A stretch of 64,000 nt of DNA from Basidiobolus meristosporus CBS 931.73 (Eukaryota > Fungi > Basidiobolomycota). Position 1 is the stretch's first letter; the number at the start of each line of letters is the position of its first letter. Below the pieces are notes generated by a model, which saw only the letters and a program-made list of their open reading frames with translations, ran no database searches and had not been told where the DNA came from. Where the stretch lies: the NCBI GenBank assembly GCA_002104905.1, contig MCFE01000072.1, positions 62,001-126,000 of the forward strand. The letters are read 5' to 3'. Of the stretch, positions 37,960-50,847 are shown piece after piece. The position numbers and the translations under genes are program-made.

Positions 37960-38924
37960 TGTTACAAGTCTTGGTATAAGAGTTGTAGAGGAATAGGGAG
38001 TTTAGCTAGTATTGTATTCACCAAAGCTTAAACATTCAAGCAGCAGATCATAACATTCTCCCCTACTAAAGTTGAGAGGGTTCTCCTGAATCTCTTTTCT
38101 TGTGATAGCAATATCTTGATGGTTGAGTATTATCAGTAAGTCTTGCAAGCTTGAGTCTGTCCCTATGTACTAAGTCTTCCTGAATATTGCCTTGTTTGTT
38201 CACTAGTTGGTAAGTTGCAAATGGACATTCTCTGATGATCTTGAATGGTCCTGTTCATTGTGGCTCAAACTTCTTTTGAGTGTTGTTTCTTAGCAATACA
38301 AAGTTCCCAACTATCAATGCTTCTGGTGCTTTAGTCTTATCAAATATCTGCTTCATCATTTCTGCTCTTTGAGATACTTTGGTCTGTGCCTCTTGACATC
38401 TTTGTTCCAGTTGATGGTGTCTACTTGGCTGACTGAGTTCATCTTCTAAGGTGTCTGTAAGCTTTGGTTGTGTGAGATCTCCTGGAATCCTGGGTTCACA
38501 TCCATACACTAAGTAAAATGACAATTGTTTGGTAGTGTTGTGTACTCTGATTCTGCATGCAAAGAGTGCTTGGTCTATATACTCATCCCATTTACTGACA
38601 ACTCCATCTGCATACTTGGTCAGCATTTTTCCAAAAAATCCATTAAACTGTTCAGTTACTCCATTAGCTCTGGGGTGATATGCCAAGGTTTTCAAGTGTT
38701 TGATCTGCTGCATTTCCTGGTAAGCTTCCAATGTCTTTGCCATAAAGTTTGCACCTTTATTGGCTAGAATCTCTACAGGGCATCCAAACTTCATATGGAT
38801 CTCATGGTAGATGAAACTTGCAACTTCTTGCTCACTGGCCATAGGTACAGCTTTAGCCACTGGCCATTTAGTGTCATGATCAATTGCTACCAGGATTCAA
38901 TGGTTGCATTTCCTGGTAGTTGGT
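37960..38924 (-). mobile_element. 5-prime-truncated copy of the 42-47 kb gypsy element (IN C-terminal half, PPT, internally deleted 96-bp LTR) inside the copia integrase
   Basis: Highly similar to 45765-47000; the LTR keeps both termini only. Confidence 0.9.
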
Positions 38925-40927
38925 TTTGAATTCTCATCAAACAACACATCCCTAGACTAGATTAACTTTTTTGCCGTGGTATTTCAGAGTTGGTATGCTT
39001 TACTTTCATTGCAGTAGCCCAACAGTGTGCAGTTAACATTTTTTTGCTCAAATTACAATAGATTTCTGGGCAGTGTCTGGGCATAGAGAGCACACCCAGA
39101 TATTGTTAGTTGCTCTGCACTTGGTCTGTATCCATACCATGCTTCAAGTGTAGTAGAATCACAAAGTATACTGTTATAACTCCTATTTCTGGAGTGTGCA
39201 GATGTCAACTGATTCCACTCAATAATCACAGGATTATGTTTGATCATGGATCATAGATCTTGCCATATCAATTATTGATCTGTTTGCAAATTCTGCTACT
39301 CCATTTGGCTTTGGGGAGTATAGGACTGTAGTCTCTTGCTTCATCCCATGAATTTTGCAGAAATGTAAGAGGGGTTTGGAGGTATATCCCCCACCTTTGT
39401 CAGAGTGTATTTTCTTGGTTTGTCACCAGTTTGTTGCTCCACCATGATTTTAAACTCCCTGAACTTAGATAGCTTCTTCCTTTCTCTCCATGAGGTAGAC
39501 CCATGTGTATATTATATAATCATTAGGAAAATGATCAAATACTTCATTTCAGTTAACAATTTATTTTGCATAGGTCCACACAGATCTGAGTGCATTACAT
39601 ATAGTTTTTTCTTAGTTTTGACTAACCCAGAGCTCTTGAACACTTGTTTGGTTTGTTTCACATACAAGCAGGCTACACAGTGTTCCAAATTAGCTGGGGG
39701 ATCAAATTTTACTGCAGAAATAGCTAATCTTTACTCATTTTGTTCAAATAATCAAAATTGATGTATACAAATCTCCTGTGCCAAAGCATTGGTGTTTCTT
39801 CATTTGAGATACTTATATTGGCTACCAGATATAATGGAATACATGTCACCTTACACAGATTCTTATCTCTGATACCTGAAGTAAAGCAATCATCATTTTG
39901 ATCATTGATCATGCATACAGATTTGTTAAAGCTGAAACTGAGTTCATCTGCTGTGGTCTTGCTTACAGACAATGAATTCTTGGCTATTTCTGGTATACAG
40001 GGTACTTCTTTAAAGGTCAGTTTATGGCTTCCTCACTGCTTCTAAGGTTTACTTGGATCATGTGTGTAGAGTGTTGAGATGCTCTGGAGTCAATATACCA
40101 CAGCTGAGAATCCTTGTTTGTGGTCATATTTAGTGCATATTTGTAGAGTAAATCATCAGTTGCTGGAGCATATTCATATTCAGGCTTTTCTGCTGACTAT
40201 TTGTGTTTTTGAAACACCCATCTGAGGTGTGTCCTTTCCTTTTTCATCAGTTGCAAAACATGTTGCTTTTGCCTTTCAAGTGTCTTGGATAGCTTTGTTG
40301 TTGGTTATCATTGCTTATTAAAGCATTTTCATCTCCCTACTTTTTGGTGCATCATTTTCTTAATTCTTCATCCAGGTGCCTTCTCTATATGTAATTTAAG
40401 GTCAAATCTTCAGTTCTTGACTCTAGGGCTGATACAAGATCCTGAAACTTCTCTGTCAGGCTATTCAGGATAGTTACTATCACATCCTAGTCAGTAGTTG
40501 GTATGCCAACAGATTCCATCTCATCTACCAGCAGGGTATCCTGTGGATTAGATTTTTCATTTCATCTCCTGGCAGCATCTTTGTAGTAAAGATTTTTTTC
40601 TAAGATGCATTTTTATGGCAGCTGAACATGACTGGTAGGTGTCTTTTAATGCCTCCAAGCATTCTTTGCCCTTTTTGCTCTTGGGTATTGAATTAGCTAT
40701 TTCCTTTGACCTCAAGGCAAATGCAGTTGAAGGCACTTTATTCTTTCTTTTTGCACTTCAAGAATTCCTCATCATGCTTTGAGGAGGGCATTCTTCTCCT
40801 TTCTTGTAGTAGCATCTGCATCTTCCCCTTCCATAGGTGGTAATTAGATCCATCCAACAGCATAAGGAGAGTTCCAGTACTAACAGTAGTAGACATTGTA
40901 GAGAGTGAAAGCTTGGTGCTTGTAACC

Positions 40928-41275
40928 TGTTGTAAAAGTCTTGGAGATACTGGAAGCAAATGGGAGAAGAAGTAGATTATGCTATTTTTGCTTAATGATT
41001 TTTTGAATGTAACAGTAGTATTGATACTTTTATATGGTCTTGGCATGGCAATCACATGGAATAGGTTTAGAAATGTCCCAAAAACATGTGTGCAAAGCTT
41101 GGGGCTGTTTTAATGACTTTGAGAGTTTTCATGTTCCAAGTTCCTGATAATATGGTGAATATTTCCCAAGTAAATCCCAACAAGGATTTTGGTCAGTATT
41201 CTCTGAGATTTGAGGGTAATGATAAAATGACTGAGTAAGGTAACTATTTAGGTGAAATTACAAATTTTTACAACA
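40928..41275 (-). repeat. Copia 5-prime LTR (about 348 bp)
   Basis: TGTTGTAAAA...TTTTACAACA termini; followed by GGTTACAAGC (possible degenerate copia-type PBS) and the gag ATG at 40896. Confidence 0.8.
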
Positions 41276-42060
41276 AGAACATCATCTTTCTGCAGAGAAA
41301 ACATACAAGACTCAGCATAAAATTGCAAGAAAGCTGGCAAGCTAGACATCATTGGCCAGTATGTGGAATTAATTGGAAACTAGAGATACTTAAGATAGAG
41401 GGTATCTGTTAGAGCAAAAGCTTTCCACTGGGAGCAATGCATGTGCTTTTCAACAATATCCCTATACTGACAACCAAGTTGTTCATGGAGCATTGGAAGC
41501 TGAATGTGCTGTTGGAGATACTGGAGAAGTATGCTGCTTCTGTGTCCATTTGCTACTCCATGTTGCTTGGTGTGTTGGGAATATTGGACCTTACTTCACC
41601 TCTTAGGAGTTTCCTATGGCACAGATATGTGGGGAGAGAGGGAGACAAGTCAAACCACAAGTATTACCATATCCCATCTTGCTTGATGTGTTGAGAATAG
41701 TGGGCCTTGCTTCACCTTTTGGGAGTTTCCTATGAAACCAAAATGTGGGGAGATAAGACAAGTCAAGTTGCAAGTACCACCATATCCTAATCTCATCAAG
41801 AATATTACCTTTGGGTCCAACATGGATGTGATTAGTTGGTAAATGGAACAAACTGGAAGAGTTGCAAATACTGAGGGCAGATTTTTGATTTCAGCTGTAT
41901 GTGGAATACCCAAGGTAGTAGTGGGTAAGCAAAAGAACAGGGGTAATTCTACAGTGAAATATTTGAATTGTGCAAGGTGAGGTAGTAATAGGAGATCCAT
42001 TTGGTAAACTGGTGCACTTGCATTATACAGAGCTAGCTGTAGGCCACCATACCATTGTAA

Positions 42061-42429
42061 TGTTATGATCTGCTGCTCAAATGTTTAAGTTAGATCAGTT
42101 TTTAGTCAAATCAACTAGTATATGTTTTAGGTTATCAGTATATCAGTATTATCTATGAAATCAGTAGCATTAGTCAGCAAATAAATCAGCAGATCCTTAT
42201 CAGACAGAAATAGATATATTAAGTAGGATCTTATTGGGTGATGATGATGCAATCAAATGAGTCATCAGCCACAACCTACATTAGGAAATACAATTAGTCA
42301 GCAATTGATCTGGCAAAATGTATATAAGGAGCTGCTGGAACCTCAATAAAAATCAGTTCAAGTTTTAGTGAATACAATACTAGCTAAACTCCCTATTCCT
42401 CTACAACTCTTATACCAAGACTTGTAACA
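42061..42429 (+). repeat. 5-prime LTR
   Basis: TGTTATGA...TGTAACA. Confidence 0.97.
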
Positions 42430-42430
42430 T

Positions 42431-42443
42431 TGGTGGCAGCGGT
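42431..42443 (+). promoter_or_regulatory. Primer binding site, complementary to a tRNA-Leu-like 3-prime end
   Basis: TGGTGGCAGCGGT is the reverse complement of ACCGCUGCCACCA, the 3-prime end of eukaryotic tRNA-Leu(AAG/UAG) as I recall it; host tRNA not checked. Confidence 0.7.
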
Positions 42444-42487
42444 AACCAGAAACCTCCCTCCTGAAGAAAGAAGAAACCACCCTCAAG

Positions 42488-45400
42488 ATGTCGGACAATC
42501 AAGAATGGAAGAATGCCATGCAGCAAATCCTGGCCCAACAGCAATAGCTACTCCAGATCCTCAGCCAACAGCAACAAGGAATGACTACCATGGCTCAGAG
42601 CCAGCAAAGCCCTGTCAAGAGCAACTTTAGTGTGAAGGTCAACCAGTACTATGGCAGAGTCAATGAAAACCTGGGAACTTGGCTCTTTCAGATTGAAGAA
42701 GCTTTTAAAGCTAAAGGAATTGCTCCAGAGAGCAAGTTGCATTATGCAGCTTCTTACCTGGCAGAGGCAGCTTTACAGTGGTACCACAACAAGATCAGGT
42801 CAGCTACTATGATGGGATGCTCTACAATCTCTACCTGGGATAAGTTTGTATCAGATATTCAGGATGCTTTTGAACCTCCACACCAGCAGACACTACTAAG
42901 AAGGAAGTTAAACACACTCAGACAGAAAGGAATGGTGCAAGAATACATCTATGAGTACAGATGTCTACTTGGACAAATTGAAAGAATGGACCCCTTGGAT
43001 CAAGTTGAATACTTTATTGATGGGTTGAAAGAAAGAACTCGCAAGGAAGTCAATTACCAAAGACCTCAGACTATTGAAGAAGCCATCAAGATTGCCATTG
43101 ACTATGACTCAGCTATGTTTGGAGTTGAGAAGCCTACAGTGACTAATCAGAAAGGCTATAATCAATATGAAAGAAGACAATCAGAAGCAGTACCAATGGA
43201 AATAGACGCTATGCAGAAGAATCCCTCCTCAGAAGAATGCAAGAAGAGAGGACTTTGCTTCAATTGCCACCAGCAGGGACATATTGCAAAGTACTGCCCT
43301 CAGAGAAGAAATGGACACCAGCCAACAAGAACCTTCAACCATATTGAGTCCCATGAACACAGTAATGTGGAAGATGAGCTTGAAGAAGACTCGGAACTCA
43401 CCTTCCATATGACAGAAGAGTACTTATCCCAAATGACTTCAAACTCAGGGAAGTTATTGTACTTGAATGGAGTAATCAATGGAGTACCTGCCAAGATCAT
43501 GATTGACTCAGGAGCATTGCATGAGTACATGTCAAAGCAATTTGCTTTGAAAGCTGGAATCAACTTGGAACCTACCAAATCAACTTCAGTCTCCACAGCT
43601 GATGGGAACTCCCACATAATCAACCGTATTACCCAGCCAGTAAGAATGAAGATCAATGACTATGAAGAAGACCTACAGGCTTATATATTTGGGAACTCCA
43701 AGTTTGACCTTATACTTGGGAAAACCTGGCTATTTTGTCGTAATCCATCAATCAACTGGAGAACCCATGCTACTCAGATCCAAAAAGACAACAAGACCTA
43801 TGAGCTATTACCTGCCAGGCTGGATTTCAACTTGGTCAATTCCAGTGTGTGTGAGACAAGTGAACTTAGCAAGACCCAGTTCTGTAGAGCACTTAGAAAA
43901 GGTACCCAGATGTTCCTCATGGCGGTATTACAGGAGGATTCCTCTACCCCAGCACCCCAGCAGGTCCAGACTCTCTTGAAGAAATATTCAGACGTGTTCC
44001 CAGATGAGCTTGTAAACCTACCACCAGTCAGAGACGTGGATCATGCCATTGACACAAGAGATAGCCCTCCAGTGAGCAAGACACCTTACAGAATGAGTCC
44101 ATTAGAATTGGAGGAAATGAAGAGACAAATTGATCAGCTATTGGAGCAAGGATACATCAGGCCCAGCAAGTCACCCTGGGGAGCACCAGTGCTTTTTGTG
44201 AAAAAGAAGGATGGAACACTTAGGATGTGCATTGACTACAGAGCCCTGAACTCAGTTACCGTCAAGAATAAGTACCCCATACCTCGGATTGATGAGCTTC
44301 TAGACCAACTTAATGGAGCCACTATTTTCAGCAAGATTGACCTCATGTCAGGATACAACCAGATTAGGGTAAAGCCAGAAGACATCCCCAAGACAGCATT
44401 CAGGACCAAATATGGACATTACAAGTACTTAGTCATGGGTTTTGGCCTCACCAATGCCCCTGCAACATTCATGATGCTGATGCAGACTGTCTTTCAGGAG
44501 TACTTAGACAAGTTTGTGATAATCTACCTGGATGACATATTGATATAGAGCAAGACAGAAGTGGATCACATAGTGCACATTGAAAAGGTCTTGAAGAAAC
44601 AAAGAGAGAACAAGCTATATGGCAAGCTAGCCAAGTGTGAATTCTTCAAGGAGCACGTTGAATACCTGGGACACATAGTGACTAGCACAGGAGTAACCTT
44701 AGACCCAAAGAAGATGGAAGTAATCAAGAATTTGAAGCAGCCCCATAGCATATCAGAACTCAGATCATTCCTCGGAATGGTTTCCTATTATCGGAGATTT
44801 GTCAAGTCTTTTGCAAGTATTGCAGCCCCTTTAACTGATATCCTCAAGAAAGACAACACCTACAAGTGGGACATAGCTTGTGAGACTGCCTTCCAGACGC
44901 TCAAGAATGAACTTGCTAAGCTGCCAAGCCTAAGAATACCAGACTTCAGAAAAGAGTTCACACTGTGCACAGATGCTTCAGATTATGCAATTGGTGGAGT
45001 GCTGAGCCAAGAACACAAGGGAAAGGACTACCCTGTTGCCTTTGAATCCAAGAAACTGAACTCAGCAGAACAAAACTATCCAGTCCATGAGAAGGAGATG
45101 CTTGCTATAATACACTGTTTGAAGACATGGAGATGCTATATTGAAGGAGTCAAATGCACTGTGAAGACTGATCATGCCTCCCTCAAGTATATATTTACTC
45201 AGAAGGTACTCTCTAGAAGAATGACAAGATGGAATGAATACATTCAGCAATTTGACCTGGAGATTGTCTACTGCCCAGGAAAAAACAACACGGTTGCTGA
45301 TGCCTTATCAAGATTAGATCAAGTTGCACAACTCAACTTGGTGCATGAATCAGATTGGCCTAGCCTATTACCAAAGTACTTGGAGGACCAAGCCATTCCT

Positions 45401-46621
45401 AATGAGATGGATGAAGATATCAAGAAGATAATCCGTGATGAAGCCAGCAAATTTGTTGTACAGGATGAAACACTCTACCAAATTGTTGATGGAAGCCTTA
45501 TTGCCTATTGTCCTTATGTTGCTCGCCTGGATTTAATGCATAAGCTACACAATGGATATGGACATCTTGGGATTGAAGGAACCTATAGCCTTGTGAAAGC
45601 CAGAGCATGGTGGCCCAGAATGAAACAAGATATTGAGAAGCTAGTGAAAACATGCCCAAACTGCCAAATCAATCAAGGCCAGCCACAAAGAATTACCAAA
45701 CTCTTCCCTTTGGAGCCTGTAACACCATTTGAGAGATGGGGGATTGACTTTATTGGAAGACTACCAACTACCAGGAAATGCAACCATTGGATCCAAGTAG
45801 CAATTGACCATGCCACTAAATGGCCAGTTGCTAAAGCTGTACCAATAGCCAGTGAACAAGAAGTTGCAAGTTTCATTTACCATGAGATCCTGATGAAGTT
45901 TGGATGCCCTGTGGAGATCTTATCCAATAGAGGTGCAAACTTTATGGCAAAGACATTAGAGGCTTACCTGGAAATGCAGCAGATCAGACACTTGAAAACC
46001 TTGGCATATCACCCCAGAACTAATGGAGTCACTGAGCGGTTTAATGGATTATTTGGAAAAATGCTGCCCAAGTATGCAAATGGAGTTGTCAGTAGATGGG
46101 ATGAGTATATAGACCAAGCACTCTTTGCATGCAGAGTCAGAGTACACAACACCACCCAGCAATCACCATTTTACTTAGTTTATGGATGTGAACCAAGAAT
46201 TCCAGGAGATCTCACACAACCAAAGCTTACAGACACCTTCGGAGATGAACTCAGTCAGCCAAGTAGACACCAGCAACTGGAACAAAGACGTCAAGAGGCA
46301 CAGACCAAAGTATCTCAAAGTGCAGAAAAGATGAAGCAGAGATTTGATAAGACTATAGCACCAGAAGCATTGACAGTTGGGAACTTTGTATTGCTAAGAA
46401 ACAACACTCGGAAGAAGTTTGAGCCACAATGGACAGGACCATTTAAGATCATCAGAGAATGTCCATTTGCAACTTACCAACTGGTGGACAAACAAGGTAA
46501 TATCCGGGAAGACTTAGTGCATAGGGACAGACTCAAGCTTGCAAGACTTGCTGACAATACTGAACCATCAAGATATTGGTATCACAAGAAAAGAGATTCA
46601 GGAGAACCCTCTCAACTTTAG
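42488..46621 (+). pseudogene. Single-frame gag-pol (CCHC knuckle, PR, RT, RNase H, IN with GPF) with two premature TAG stops
   Basis: In frame from ATG 42488; TAG at 42545 and 44546. [36 protein letters not shown]; second integrase Asp reads Asn. Confidence 0.93.
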
Positions 46622-46631
46622 TAGGGGAGAA
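46620..46631 (+). promoter_or_regulatory. Polypurine tract
   Basis: AGTAGGGGAGAA immediately before the 3-prime LTR. Confidence 0.85.
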
Positions 46632-47000
46632 TGTTATGATCTGCTGCTTGAATGTTTAAGTTAGATCAGTTTTTAGTCAAATCAACTAGTATATGTTTTA
46701 GGTTATCAGTATATCAGTATTATCTATGAAATCAGTAGCATTAGTCAGCAAATAAATCAGCAGATCCTTATCAGACAGAAATAGATATATTAAGTAGGAT
46801 CTTATTGGGTGATGATGATGCAATCAAATGAGTCATCAGCCACAACCTACATTAGGAAATACAATTAGTCAGCAATTGATCTGGCAAAATGTATATAAGG
46901 AGCTGCTAGAACCTCAATAAAAATCAGTTCAAGTTTTAGTGAATACAATACTAGCTAAACTCCCTATTCCTCTACAACTCTTATACCAAGACTTGTAACA
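46632..47000 (+). repeat. 3-prime LTR
   Basis: 369 bp, near-identical to 42061-42429. Confidence 0.97.
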
Positions 47001-47324
47001 GTAATAATGCCATGAGAGGCTTACAATGAGGCTGTCAAAACACCATCATGTTTTTGTCCATTTAAGGCAAATGAATGTGCTGGTAGGTTAGATCCTGTCA
47101 AAAGTGATAGAGGGCGCTAAGACCTCAACAATGACATGCCACCCTAGGCAAAATTCTCTACAGACACTGTTATGTTTTTCACTTTATTTGGCTGTAAAAT
47201 TAGCCAGATGCACTTCTAATCCTGTCATAAAATTATGTAGATGGTCATTATTTCCCAGCTGCTGATATCATTGCAGTCTCCCAAAGAAATTTTGACAGCT
47301 GATCTGGATTGAAACACTTTAATA

Positions 47325-50300
47325 CTAGCAGCTTGGAATTAATGACCATCTACACAATCTTGTGACATGATTACAACAGCATTTTGCTAATTTCAAAGCT
47401 GAACAAATTTGATAAAACATAACAGGGTTTGTATGGTGTTTTGCCAAGAGTATCATGTCATTGTCACAGTCTTAGTGCGCTTAACAACTATTTGAGTGGA
47501 TCTAACAGGTTGGTACATGCAATTGCCATTTATGGCAAATAACTTAACAGTGTTATGATGGCCTCCCTGCAAGCCTGCAAAGGTATTAATACAGCATTAT
47601 GGCAGCCTATAGCTTGTTCTGTATAGTTCTACTGTACCAATTTACCCAAAGGTGTGACTCCCAATACTTCCAATGTACATTTAATAGAAATGGCTTCAGA
47701 AGGCCACTTGAATAAATACATATCCAATTTATCCAGTCCTTGCACTTGTATTGTTGCAAAAGCATATGAATATTGATTGGAGCCCAAGAGAAGTACTTAG
47801 GGTAGCAGATACTATGTAATATCTTGCAAATTCTTTCAAATTTCTCTGTTATCTCAAAGGGCTTGTTTAGCTTGAAATGCCCCATGTAAAACTTGGTCGT
47901 CAGTAAAGGGATATTGTTGACAAGTAAATGCATAGCTCCCCGTGAAAAGCTTTTGCTCCAGCAGATGTCCTCTGTCTTCATTATCTCTGGCTTCCAGTTA
48001 AATCCATATTCTGGCCAGTTGTGTATAGCTTGCCAGCTCTCCTGCAATTGCATGCTGACTTCTGTATATTCTCTTGGTGGAAAGATGATTTTCTTGGTGT
48101 TGGTGTTTAGGTAATTATAATATGTGTGAGTTATGGAGTATACCCCCTGGATCTCACACATTCAACAGCAATATCATGTATTGTGCCCAGAAAAGCCAGC
48201 TCTCTTGCTGATGGCTGGGGTCCCACCAATGCAGATATAATTTGTGCTTTTACATGGTAGCTATTGACTTTTGTTCTGCTAAAAAGCAGACAAAACGTAT
48301 TCAGCAATGGATACCAGTAGCTCTCCAGGTTGAATAGTGATTTAGGTCAAGATATCAGTAAGACTGCCATCAGATTTTTGCTGATACCAAAAGATAGGCA
48401 ACAGATTCAGCTATGCAATGTTTGCCATTACATGTAGCTTGATTGATACTGAGTTTGGAACTTTATGACTTCACAACATTTATTGGACTGCATGAGCTTC
48501 TTTATACAGGGTATTACTGGAATATATCAAGAGTGTCAGCAATGTTTTCCCCCGATGGTTGTGGAATCCTGACAAGTTGCACACCTTGCAATACTGGCAT
48601 TTTCTGATGTGAATGCCATGTAAGTACTAGCACATGCTGGTATCAGGATGGTCTCTGAGTCATATGTTGCCAGCAACATGATAGCTTTCCATTTATAACA
48701 TGTACATGGTAAGTTGCATCCTGGGATGATCTTGGCAAGAAGTAGTAGTAAATTCTTAAAGCCCCCATTACTGCTATTAGTGAAAATGCACCACTTCTTT
48801 AGCCTCAACATCATATCATTCACCAGTAGTTGGATTACTGGGCTCACTTAATTCTATAAAGCATTCTTGGCATTATTTTCTTTAGGTGTTTTCTCATTGC
48901 AAGATGGAATATTACTGGGATCATGCAAGGTACATTTGTTGGGGATGATAGGCTCACAATCCATCAGTGAGCCTGCTTCTTCAATGCTATCACTCTGCAT
49001 GCCATAATCAGAAAGCTGGGGTGAGCCTAAATTTGTCACAAACTCTCAGGACTCAGTTAGCGTAAGGTGACAAGTATGGCCAGAAGTTGTTATAGAAGTA
49101 TCAAGTGGCTGGCAAGATATTATTGGTACAGTATTTTTTGGGCCTGCATTGGTATGCTAAGAAAGTTTTGCAAGAATAGCAGAAACTATCAAAGGTAGAA
49201 CAACAAGGAAGCAATAGTTAGAAACCAGTAGCCTCTTCAAGTGCCCATCACAAGGAAGACTAAAAGCTCCCAATGATTGTTGAAGGGGCATCAGGTAGCT
49301 GCAAGAGTGCTAATATGGGAAAAGTAGGCAGACTCAGATGCACCATCACAACATTACCAAGGAAAAAGTATGGTTCTATTTAGGAAGAACTTGGTCAAAG
49401 TAGCAGTGAAGGACCTGGCAGTGGTAAAAGCAACTGGCTACCCCACAAGCCCATCACAGCATGGGCTGAGAGCTTGAAACAAGCAGTATAGAGGTGCCAG
49501 GTTGCCTGCAGAGAGCCAGCAAGGAACAAGCAGGCCAAAACAGATGCATCAGAGCAGTATCTATTAAGGAGAAGATATAATTCAACACAAGAAGCACTCA
49601 GACAAAGTAGCAGTGAAAGACCTGGTGTTGACAAAGGAAAAGGTAAAGGGGAAAAAGTTTACCCAACCCAGAGACAGGGAAGCATAAGAAAAAAGCTGCA
49701 TTTCTTGCTACTTGACACTGTAAGCCTGGGACAGATGGAATCCCATCTCAAGACTTAACCCAACCCAGAGACAGGGAGGCATGCAAAAAAAATACAGTTC
49801 TTGCCAGTTAACACCACAAGCCAGGAACAGACTGAATCCCATCATATCCAAGAAGAATTACCCACAAGAAAATAGCTGCTTTCACCAGAATTGGAAGCAT
49901 GGCCAGTTTAGCTACACTCCAGTGAGGTAGATGAGATTGCAGAGGATGGCAATTTGTCTACCACACCCTCCACATCCACCATTATTGACAGAGTGGTAAT
50001 CCCACTGACAGACAAAGTAGCAACATCAAGAACTGACAGGGTTATCCCAATGCCCTTGGTGGAGTTTTGGAACATCAATAGGCACACCAAGAGGTAGCAG
50101 CACTTCTTCAAGAGCAGTGTTCAAGAAAATTCACCTAAATATAGAAAGGATTTATTGCAAAGACTGGCAGATGAGATGCTTGACCTTGCAGTGCTTGCTA
50201 AAGACCAAGAGGTGTGGGAACCAGCAAATGAACAGTGTTATGAAGCCATTTTGTACATGTCAAAGTCTTGGAAATAGAGCATTACAGCAGAAATACTTAT

Positions 50301-50460
50301 TGAGTGGTGGATTTTAATAGAGTCACTTATTGAGTGTGGGGATGGGCTTGATTTCAGTGTAAGGTTCAGGGACTTGTATAGGTCAATATAATTGGCTATA
50401 AGTATAAATATACAACTTGTATGCATGAAAAGTAAGATAAATGGTTGAATCAGGGTAAGG
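47325..50460 (-). mobile_element. CMC/EnSpm copy in reverse orientation (transposase remnant about 47600-49040, ORF-A remnant about 49100-50400)
   Basis: ORFs 47607-48161 and 48536-48847 are homologous to the transposase at 54-55.6 kb. Confidence 0.82.
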
Positions 50461-50847
50461 ATTGTACTGTTCCTGTCAGGACATTGTACAGAGACTGTTG
50501 AAAAATAATTGTGCCCCAGATTTCACAAAAAACTTGATCAAAATTTTTCATCACAATGATGTATAAGTGGCTTTTGATTGGTTCCCTGCCAATTTGCTCA
50601 CTGTCTGATCCCAGACACTCTATTGCCTTCTATGTTTGTGTGCATTGATTGGCTATTGCCTCTTTTCATACTCCTTACTTCCTGACTCTACCATTTCTCT
50701 TACTTTTCATGCATACAATTTGATATATTTCAGTTGCATCTTCAGTTATACAATAGTTGCCTATTGTATTGACCTATACCAGTCCCTATACCCTACACTA
50801 ACAATAAGCCCAGCCCCACACTCAACAGGTGACTCTACTAAAATATA

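Larger units (their letters stand above)
36000..41275 (-). mobile_element. Decayed Ty1/copia retrotransposon (5-prime LTR, gag, PR, IN, RT, RNase H); interrupted; 3-prime LTR not found
   Basis: Gag LDGSNYHLWKGKM; protease WYIDSRASQH; GAG-pre-integrase LWHRRF; IN FWAE..KGIFLGY; RT YKARLVAKGY; RNase H ALSTTEAEYMA..HIDI, in copia order. Confidence 0.9.
42061..47000 (+). mobile_element. Full-length young Ty3/gypsy LTR retrotransposon, 4940 bp, TSD GTAA
   Basis: Two 369-bp TG..CA LTRs with 3 mismatches; PBS, PPT and gag-pol present; GTAA on both flanks. Confidence 0.97.
41276..47320 (+). mobile_element. CMC/EnSpm transposase 3-prime half (41276-42060 and 47001-47320) split by the gypsy insertion
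   Basis: Homologous to 55130-56540; the flanks rejoin in register with uninterrupted copies. Confidence 0.75.

Noticed and set aside
44546-44548. TAG after YLDDILI as a programmed readthrough codon
   Set aside because: It replaces a conserved Tyr inside RT, not at the gag-pol boundary; a simple nonsense change or sequence error.
46400-46621. Chromodomain at the gypsy integrase C-terminus
   Set aside because: The frame ends about 55 aa after the GPF motif with no chromodomain pattern.
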